The position numbers and the translations under genes are program-made. Shown piece after piece: positions 1 through 7,520 of a DNA stretch of 64,000 nt; within the stretch, counting starts at the first letter, position 1; each line of letters opens with the position of its first letter. Source of the stretch: Candidatus Thorarchaeota archaeon (lineage in GTDB: Archaea; Asgardarchaeota; Thorarchaeia; Thorarchaeales; Thorarchaeaceae); assembly GCA_048884965.1 (NCBI GenBank), contig JBHLQH010000004.1:96001-160000 (forward strand). The letters run 5' to 3'. Under the pieces are notes generated by a model. The model was given only the letters and a program-made list of their open reading frames with translations, was not told the DNA's origin and did not search any database.

Positions 1-593
1 AACTCGTTAAGGACTTTGAATGCAGTAAACCGAGATATGTCTATTTCACTCTCTATTGACGAGCTATCCTCTAAGTCTTCTCATAGTACTGTAGATTGAT
101 TAAGAAGATAACTAAGTCACTACGTTGCCTATTTGAGCAAGATAACTTCCTTCTTTGGATTCGCAGAATCAAGTTAGGAATTGCTACGACTTTCAAAGAC
201 GATGATGATATTGATACCAGTCATCTCTGACATCTTTTCTATCTCATCCACATTCCACATCATATTCAATGATGACGTGATAGAAGGGTGTTCTTACTAT
301 TGACTTCTCTATTCGACAAATCCCCATCGAAATATTACTATTCAACGATAATAGAACTAAAGACATAAATACGTTAATTGTCGAATTAAATGAGAGAGCG
401 ATGATTCCAGACCTGATTTCCCTATTGATCTGCATATTGATGATGCTAGCAGGCTTAGGTCTGATAGCGTTGACAGATAAAACGTTAGAGTATCTGATAT
501 AGAGCGGAATGAATTTAGCCACCGTCCCTCATGTAATCCACAAACATTATTACAACTGATTCCATATTTGATAAAATTCACGAAGGGATTAGA

Positions 594-1115
594 TTGGTAG
601 TCTTCGCAGTATACGATCCGATCAAACATGAACGAGATTTTATTCAACTCAATATCGAATACATAGGATGGATTGCAGACCAAGTACTCAAACGCTATGG
701 AATTGATTTTCTGAAATCTACGGGAATGTCTGTAGAAAAGTACGTTCGGACAAATTACGAGAATTTCATATCTGTGCCAGTAGAAGAAGGGAGACTATTG
801 ATTCTTGAAGATTCTGGAAAAGTAATAGGAATGGGTGCCCTTACCAAACATGATATGGACGAAGGCGAGATCAAACGAATGTATGTCAAACCTGAGTATA
901 GGGGAAAGGGATTTGGAAAGAAGCTTTTGATGAAACTTATTGATATTGCTAAAGATCTTGAGTATACTGCTCTACGATTGAATACGGGGGGATTCATGGA
1001 TACTGCACAGTATGTTTACACTAGTGTCGGATTCAGGAAAATACCTGAATATACAGAGTCCGAAGTGCCAATTCCTTTGAACCATCAATGGTTTTTCATG
1101 GAGTTGGAATCGTAG
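594..1115 (+). CDS. GNAT family N-acetyltransferase
   Basis: GEIKRMYVKPEYRGKGFGKKLL acetyl-CoA binding motif A; C-terminal A..YTSVGF motif; start uncertain (TTG). Confidence 0.9.
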   Translation: MVVFAVYDPIKHERDFIQLNIEYIGWIADQVLKRYGIDFLKSTGMSVEKYVRTNYENFISVPVEEGRLLILEDSGKVIGMGALTKHDMDEGEIKRMYVKPEYRGKGFGKKLLMKLIDIAKDLEYTALRLNTGGFMDTAQYVYTSVGFRKIPEYTESEVPIPLNHQWFFMELES

Positions 1116-1124
1116 GAACAGAGT

Positions 1125-1916
1125 TCATGTTCGTATGACTATTATTTGCCCCTGTCTACTTACACCAAGTTGCAGGTTTCCTTTGTAGGCGTTGACATAC
1201 GCATTCTCAAGTATGATGTCTTCACCCTCATTAACCTGTCTGATAGTATCATTCCACAGAACCAGTTTCACTGATCCTGTTTCATCAGTGAATGTCACAT
1301 TTGCAACTTGGAGCGGTTTGCCGTCTTTTGAAATTACGTCTCTTGTTTCAGATACTTCTTCAATTCTACCTTTGATTTTTAGTCCTTTCATCCCATCTTG
1401 AAGGTCTTTTATCAAAACATATGATGGCTCATAGGAGTCATCGGTTATCTTCACGTAATATCGCAAATCGAAAACCGGGACCCATCGTAGAATGCCTTCC
1501 TGTCTGAATCCTATCTTCTCATAGAATCCCTTTGTTCTAACATTCCATTCAGGTGTATCAAGAGTCCACTTCTTTACCTTAGGGTAGTTGCTCTCTATTA
1601 GTCGAAATGTTCCTGTCCCAATTCCTTTACGATGAAATTCAGGATCAATGAATACACCATAGATGTATGCATGCTCTTCTGATACCTTGTAGACTCGTGT
1701 GCCTCCAACGATCTGCCCATTGAAAAGAAATTTCCAATAATCTGTTCTCTCGCTTTTGGTATCTCGTCTATGTGCTTCAACTGAGTCATAGCCATCTGGA
1801 CCTCCGGGACCAGGTGCTCCGACATCCACATCAGAATCAAAAGCTCGTTTCGAGATATTAGCAAGAATCTCAGCATCTTGCGGTTTTGCAAGTTCTATCG
1901 AAATCAGTCCTGTCAA
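1125..1916 (-). CDS. GNAT acetyltransferase fused to a C-terminal SSB/RPA-type OB-fold
   Basis: N-terminal FIDPEFHRKGIG...FYEKIGF (GNAT); C-terminal IKDLQDGM..IKGRI..DETGSVKLVLWN..ENAYVNAYKGNLQL (archaeal SSB/RPA OB fold); TTG start 3 nt after the uvrA stop, with GGAGGGG SD upstream. Confidence 0.88.
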   Translation of the reverse strand: MTGLISIELAKPQDAEILANISKRAFDSDVDVGAPGPGGPDGYDSVEAHRRDTKSERTDYWKFLFNGQIVGGTRVYKVSEEHAYIYGVFIDPEFHRKGIGTGTFRLIESNYPKVKKWTLDTPEWNVRTKGFYEKIGFRQEGILRWVPVFDLRYYVKITDDSYEPSYVLIKDLQDGMKGLKIKGRIEEVSETRDVISKDGKPLQVANVTFTDETGSVKLVLWNDTIRQVNEGEDIILENAYVNAYKGNLQLGVSRQGQIIVIRT

Positions 1917-1919
1917 TCC

Positions 1920-4808
1920 TTACCCCTCCTGAATGACATCACTTAGGAACCTGCCAGTGAATGATTTGTTGTCTTTGGCTACATCTTCTGGCGTTCCAGT
2001 TGCTATTACCTCTCCACCCTCATCGCCACCTGATGGTCCCAAATCTATGACATAATCCGCACTCTTTATGACGTCCATATGATGCTCAATGACTAGTATT
2101 GTATTCCCTTGTTCTACAAGTCGATTCAAGCAATCTAAGAGCTTTTGAATATCAGCGAGATGGAGACCTGTTGTTGGTTCGTCGAAAATGTATAATGTAT
2201 CACTCGATGCCTTCAATTTTCCAAGCTCTTTTGAAAGTTTGATACGTTGAGATTCGCCTCCACTCAACTGATTCGATGGCTGCCCAAGCTTGAGATATCC
2301 AAGACCTAACTCATCCATGGTCTTAAGCTTGTGATGAATCAGATTTACATCTTCAAAGAAGGTCATTGCCTCTTCTACAGTCATGTCGAGGACCTGTGCA
2401 ATGTTCTTTCCTTTGTACTGAATCTCAAGGATTTCTTTTGTATATCGATCACCTTTGCATGCGGGACAGATGCTCTCGATATCAGGCATAAATTGCAATT
2501 GAGTAGTGACTATTCCCTCACCTTTGCATTCAGGACATCTACCACCACTATTCTGATTGAAGCTGAAATCAGCCATCTCGTAGTGATTATCTTTTGCCTC
2601 AGGGAGGTCAGCAAATAGTGAACGTATCTTATCAAAGAAACCAACGTAGGTTGCCGGATTTGACCTAGAAGATCGCCCTATGTTCGTCTGATCGATATTC
2701 CTCACATCTCGAAGATTCTCAATTCCTTCAATTCTATCATGTTTACCCGGGATGATTCGCCTATCTCTGAAGACAGAGTGCAGTTTCTTGTAGAGAATCT
2801 CATTGATCAAGCTACTCTTTCCAGATCCAGATACACCAGTAATGCACACGAAGAGACCGAGAGGAATCTCTACGTCGACACCTTTCAGGTTGTTCTCTTG
2901 TGCGTTGAAAATCCTTAATGCATGCCCATTGGACTGTCGACGGTGCTCTGGTGTCTCAATCCTTTTCATTCCTCTAAGATACTGCCCAGTAACAGAGTCC
3001 TCATTTTTCTGAATATCTGCAATAAGCCCTTGAGCGATAACTCTCCCTCCATGAACTCCTGGACCGGGACCCATCTCAATTATGTAATCTGCGGCCTTCA
3101 TCGTTTCAACGTCATGCTCGACAACTATTACCGTGTTACCGACGTCACGTAACTTTTTGAGAGTATCAATTACTTTAGTTCCGTCTCGAGGATGAAGTCC
3201 GATTGAAGGTTCATCAAGAACAACAAGCATTCCCATAAGCTCCGATCCAATCTGGGTGCTTAGTCTAGTTCTCTGCAGCTCACCACCAGAGATAGTGTCA
3301 GCCCGACGATTCAGACTAAGGTAGTAGAGACCAATGTCTAGCATCAGGTCAATCCGTTTTTTCAATTCATCAAGAATAGGACCTGCGATATGCTCCTTCT
3401 CTGCAGGAGTCTGAATATTATCAAGGAATGACCGTAGTTCCTGCAAGGGCAGGATAGATAATTCATGGATAGTCCTGTCGCCAACCTTCACAAGCATCCG
3501 TTGAGGAAGAAGCTTTGTACCTTTGCAATCAGGACACAGACTCTCGACCATGCGTTTCTCAACCCAATTGTACCCAGGGTCATTCTGCTTGCGTTCCTTA
3601 CACAAACGACGATACCATGCATCCAATCGGGGCACAATCCCTCTGAAAGAGAACATCTTCCCAAAGTTTTCGTGGTCCCTAAGCTCATCAGGAGGACGTA
3701 GCATCTCAAACTTCTCACCACCTGTTCCATAGAACAGTTTGTGCTTTACATCCTCAGATAGTTCCTTGTAAGGTGTATCTAATGAGAAGCCAAAGTGCTC
3801 CCCCATGCTATAGGCCATACAATAATGCCAGTTAATGATGCGTTTGTAAGTGCTGGGATCTATATTCCATGAACCTCTATCAATAGCTCCTTCTCGTAGA
3901 CTCTTATCGGGATTTGCCACCATAAGGATAGGATTTGCTGTCATATGAGTGCCTAACCCCCCACAAGTTCTGCAAGAACTATCACCTTCATTCGAGGAGA
4001 AGTACCATGGGAGAAATTCGCCAGCTAGAATATGATGTTCAGAGCATGACAAAGATGAGTAGAATTCCGAGGATTTCGGAGCATTCTCCGGATTTGTTAT
4101 ATTCAGTCTGAGAAATCCTTCTCCAATCCTCAGACACTCGATGATAGAATTCACGATTTGCTTTGTCTGATCTCCATTTATTGTGAACTTGTCCAAGATT
4201 CCTTCAATACGATACTCCTCTTCCTCGTCAAGCTCTATATTATCAGAGGTGCTTCTTAGTTCACCGTCGAGCCTGATATTTCTGCAACCATGATTTCGTA
4301 TCTCATCGATGAGATACTCATAGTTCTCACCATATACCTTGAAGAACGGAGCTAGAATCTCGATGGTAGTTCCTTGTGGCAATGATTGAATATGTTCAGC
4401 GATTTGATGTGGAGTCTTCGCGGGAATCTGACTTTTACAATATGGACAATGAGGTATACCTACTGTTGAGAATAGCAAGCGTAAGTATGTCTGTATCTCT
4501 GTTAGGGTTCCCACGGTGGATCTTGGATTTCTCACCCCACGAGCTTGAGAGATCGAAAGAACAGGAGAGAGACCTTTTACCGAGTCCACTGCTGGTTTCT
4601 TGATCAATGGTATGCGAGACCTTGCGTAGGCAGAGAGCGACTCCATGAACCTGCGTTGACCTTCTCCATACAGAACATCGAACGCAAGTGATGATTTTCC
4701 ACTCCCTGACACACCTGTAACCACGGTTAGTTTGTCACGAGGAATCTCGACATCTATATTCTGCAGATTATTTTCGCGAGCTCCTTTGATACGCACAGTT
4801 TTGCTCAT
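1920..4808 (-). CDS. uvrA: UvrA-family ABC ATPase (excinuclease ABC subunit A-like)
   Basis: GARENNL start, two GVSGSGKSS Walker A motifs, ISGGE/LSGGE signatures, [23 protein letters not shown], Zn-module CxxC pairs; 962 aa. Confidence 0.97.
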   Translation of the reverse strand: MSKTVRIKGARENNLQNIDVEIPRDKLTVVTGVSGSGKSSLAFDVLYGEGQRRFMESLSAYARSRIPLIKKPAVDSVKGLSPVLSISQARGVRNPRSTVGTLTEIQTYLRLLFSTVGIPHCPYCKSQIPAKTPHQIAEHIQSLPQGTTIEILAPFFKVYGENYEYLIDEIRNHGCRNIRLDGELRSTSDNIELDEEEEYRIEGILDKFTINGDQTKQIVNSIIECLRIGEGFLRLNITNPENAPKSSEFYSSLSCSEHHILAGEFLPWYFSSNEGDSSCRTCGGLGTHMTANPILMVANPDKSLREGAIDRGSWNIDPSTYKRIINWHYCMAYSMGEHFGFSLDTPYKELSEDVKHKLFYGTGGEKFEMLRPPDELRDHENFGKMFSFRGIVPRLDAWYRRLCKERKQNDPGYNWVEKRMVESLCPDCKGTKLLPQRMLVKVGDRTIHELSILPLQELRSFLDNIQTPAEKEHIAGPILDELKKRIDLMLDIGLYYLSLNRRADTISGGELQRTRLSTQIGSELMGMLVVLDEPSIGLHPRDGTKVIDTLKKLRDVGNTVIVVEHDVETMKAADYIIEMGPGPGVHGGRVIAQGLIADIQKNEDSVTGQYLRGMKRIETPEHRRQSNGHALRIFNAQENNLKGVDVEIPLGLFVCITGVSGSGKSSLINEILYKKLHSVFRDRRIIPGKHDRIEGIENLRDVRNIDQTNIGRSSRSNPATYVGFFDKIRSLFADLPEAKDNHYEMADFSFNQNSGGRCPECKGEGIVTTQLQFMPDIESICPACKGDRYTKEILEIQYKGKNIAQVLDMTVEEAMTFFEDVNLIHHKLKTMDELGLGYLKLGQPSNQLSGGESQRIKLSKELGKLKASSDTLYIFDEPTTGLHLADIQKLLDCLNRLVEQGNTILVIEHHMDVIKSADYVIDLGPSGGDEGGEVIATGTPEDVAKDNKSFTGRFLSDVIQEG

Positions 4809-5749
4809 AGCATCTCACTCTCCATGCATAGGTATCCTGCCTCATAAACCTCGAATCGACTCCTACTTGTAAGCTTCAACGGATACACCATCTTTTGGAG
4901 TAGTCCCAACCTTGCAAGAAACTCGCAGGATGAAATCAGTGTGAAGGTATCATTGCGATTAAGCTTCTTTCTAAAATGCTTGTCAATCTGCGATATGCCA
5001 CAATGACCACCTTGTTCAAGGATATAAGCAGCAATAGGCTCGAAGAGAATGTCAGCGTATTTCTCTAAATAACTCTGGCAGAGATTATAGCCTGTTTCGC
5101 AAGCTTCCAGGGTCACACCTTCTTCAAGCAGAGAGAAATAGCTCTTCCCGAAAAGATCAGGATTGTATTTCCTTGCTTGTAGAGTGACCTCTCGAGATGG
5201 AACATCACCATGTGACAGAACTTCCAGATGAGCTACTTGAAGTATCAATCCGTTAAGCCATCTGAATGCCAACATGGCATCTTTCTGATGTACGATACTC
5301 TTGCGAACTTTACTCAAGTAACCAAGCGCGTTGTCAGCATAAATCATCATCCCAAGTGATTTGTCTCTGTCACCAATCCGAGAGGGATTCTCATAATATT
5401 CTGTTATCGTATCATCATTAGAGAATAGCAATTTACCAGTATATATGATATGATGGAGAACAGAGCCTTGTAAAGGAACATCCATCCAATCTCGAAAATT
5501 CTTCCTTGAATGGACATCAATTTGAATCAGGATATCACCATCCTTCAGCCAATGTTGCTGATATGGAAGAGATTCATCCTTAGTTATGATTAGCATGTCA
5601 ATATCGGATTCAGACCACACATCCCCACGCACCAGACTCCCATAGACAATTGCCGCAAGGATATTGGAATCTCTTTGTAGTTGTTCAACAAAGGAATCAA
5701 GGGCTGAGGTATACTCAGCAATTATATCGTTTTGTCTGTCCACACTCAT
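4805..5749 (-). CDS. Pol-beta-superfamily nucleotidyltransferase with helical and C-terminal winged-helix-like domains (YgxA-like)
   Basis: [17 protein letters not shown] (GS..DxD) plus a third Asp in IQIDV; stop overlaps the uvrA start (ATGA). Confidence 0.8.
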   Translation of the reverse strand: MSVDRQNDIIAEYTSALDSFVEQLQRDSNILAAIVYGSLVRGDVWSESDIDMLIITKDESLPYQQHWLKDGDILIQIDVHSRKNFRDWMDVPLQGSVLHHIIYTGKLLFSNDDTITEYYENPSRIGDRDKSLGMMIYADNALGYLSKVRKSIVHQKDAMLAFRWLNGLILQVAHLEVLSHGDVPSREVTLQARKYNPDLFGKSYFSLLEEGVTLEACETGYNLCQSYLEKYADILFEPIAAYILEQGGHCGISQIDKHFRKKLNRNDTFTLISSCEFLARLGLLQKMVYPLKLTSRSRFEVYEAGYLCMESEML

Positions 5750-5753
5750 TAAA

Positions 5754-6635
5754 TCACTTCTCCTTTATAGGGTGATATAAATCGAGCATGAAATCACCAT
5801 CACTTCCGTCCGGTGATAGTGCATGTTCAAGGCAAGGTCCTTTAGCCATCATGTATTTGCTTGATCTAACCCATTCATCCAGCTTCTTCCAGCTTTCAAG
5901 ATACCCATTTTCCTTGAAGAATTCAGATTCAAGCTCCTCTGTCAAGTTACACGTAATGACAGCAAAGTTCCCACCCTTGAACTCTTTATACTCCATACCC
6001 TCCAAGAGCTCATATTCTCTGTCAACTACCATCCAGAACTCGTATCCATACTCCGAACTACCAGGTTCAGGATTCGGATTGTTGAAACCATAGACAGGGT
6101 GTTTCCGAGGTTTGTTAAGCAAACCCAGAGGTTCAGCCCACTCACGCATCTTCTGCCATGCATCGTTCTCTGGGGAACGACTTATTACTCGAACACTTAC
6201 AACTCGATGAGGATTGAGCTTCACTATGCGAACATCTGATTCTTCGATATCATCTGTTTTCTTTGAATGAGCCTTCAGTATTAGCTCTGCGCGTTTCGCG
6301 GATTCCGCATTCCTACGCCTCACGGATTTTGCATAGGTCTCAACGATTGCAGATATGAAGAGAACTCCATCATCGGTTATTTCATACAGACCGCGTTTCG
6401 GATTAGAAATCATCTCAGCTGATAATAGCTTTGAAAGGTGATGAGCAAGGGCTGTTTTGCTTAAACGAACAACATGAAGAAGATCATCAAATTCCTTGGG
6501 ACCTTGAAGAAGTGAGGAAAGCATCTCGAGCCGGGACCGATTGGAGATAGAGGAGAGGAGATATTCTATATCATTAGTGAAATCATCAAGTATTGATGAC
6601 CATTGATGTCTTTTCACCTTGCTCATCTTAACCAC
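5754..6635 (-). CDS. ArsR-like winged-HTH regulator fused to a GyrI-like small-molecule-binding domain
   Basis: SNRSRLEML..LSKTALAHHLSKL..GLYEIT (wHTH); VRIVKL..PENDAW..YGFNNPNP..YGYEFW..CLEH (GyrI-like). Confidence 0.85.
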   Translation of the reverse strand: MVKMSKVKRHQWSSILDDFTNDIEYLLSSISNRSRLEMLSSLLQGPKEFDDLLHVVRLSKTALAHHLSKLLSAEMISNPKRGLYEITDDGVLFISAIVETYAKSVRRRNAESAKRAELILKAHSKKTDDIEESDVRIVKLNPHRVVSVRVISRSPENDAWQKMREWAEPLGLLNKPRKHPVYGFNNPNPEPGSSEYGYEFWMVVDREYELLEGMEYKEFKGGNFAVITCNLTEELESEFFKENGYLESWKKLDEWVRSSKYMMAKGPCLEHALSPDGSDGDFMLDLYHPIKEK

Positions 6636-6646
6636 GATACAGAGAT

Positions 6647-6702
6647 TAAGTACATTTATTATTAAACATTTCTTTGAACGTAAGTACTATTTTTACTGAA
6701 CA
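6647..6702. promoter_or_regulatory. Imperfect 22-bp direct repeat, putative operator/promoter of the wHTH-GyrI/uvrA operon
   Basis: taagtacatttattattaaaca (6647-6668) vs taagtactatttttactgaaca (6681-6702), 17/22 identical, AT-rich, directly upstream of the regulator. Confidence 0.4.
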
Positions 6703-6764
6703 ATTTCATCTTCATCGAATGCCTGAGAGTTTCTCGAAAACTGTACACTTATCCGATGGAAACT

Positions 6765-7358
6765 CTAGATGTCAAATTCTAGCTTGTTTTCTTCCCACCA
6801 TTGCCGCCATTCTTTCATAATCCGTTCTCGTCCGGACAGTGTAATGCCATCGACAAAAGAAGGCCCAGGATTCCCAAGCAGGCGTCGTAGCATCACAATT
6901 TGCCCCATGTGACCCATATAATGATAGGCCATCCTGTACAGGGTTTCTAACAATGATTCACTAGGATTACCTGCAAAAGCTTGGTAGAATTCGGAGGGCT
7001 CTAATCCACGAAGATACTCCTTGTTACAATCACTCATATTGAGATAAGTATCAAGTAAATTACGGAATGATAAAGGAGGATGGATGCGTGAAATCTCATC
7101 CTTGGTTGTTCCATAGCGAAAGTATTCACACAACTCTTCAGAATAGAACCGGGTATTTTGACATGTCAAGTTCACAACCCAATGGTAATGAACAGCGCAA
7201 TGACCAAAAATCCATCCTATAGAATTCAGCATTGGTGAAGCTGATGCATATATTTGATCTGATGAAAGACCCATCAAAGAGTGAAGTAGGTTGCATTCTG
7301 CAATCTCAACTGAAGCTATGCCTATTTGTGCGACATTGAGTTCCATGTAAACACCCAC
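6765..7358 (-). CDS. DinB/YfiT-superfamily protein
   Basis: NSIGWIFGHC...YHYMGHMGQIVMLRRLLG His-triad pattern. Confidence 0.85.
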   Translation of the reverse strand: MGVYMELNVAQIGIASVEIAECNLLHSLMGLSSDQIYASASPMLNSIGWIFGHCAVHYHWVVNLTCQNTRFYSEELCEYFRYGTTKDEISRIHPPLSFRNLLDTYLNMSDCNKEYLRGLEPSEFYQAFAGNPSESLLETLYRMAYHYMGHMGQIVMLRRLLGNPGPSFVDGITLSGRERIMKEWRQWWEENKLEFDI

Positions 7359-7520
7359 AAAAGGGATGTTTACGTATTATATAGAGCTTTTCAGCGACGC
7401 TTCTTTCATTTTAGCTCCTTATAAAGGGAGGATGTATTTGGCCATTCGAAAAATAAATCCGGCAGAACCTTATATGCCACTTTTCCATGCCATTATTCAT
7501 CAGTTAGGAGAGGTTGTAAG

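Noticed and set aside
1-590. Short ORFs on both strands (244-522, 357-683) or a possible pseudogene
   Set aside because: No recognisable motifs and all frames are interrupted; I cannot support a CDS or RNA call.
4805-5749. MNT-HEPN toxin-antitoxin or CBASS cyclase
   Set aside because: No RxxxxH HEPN motif, no separate toxin and no CBASS effector nearby; size and context fit a YgxA-like protein better.
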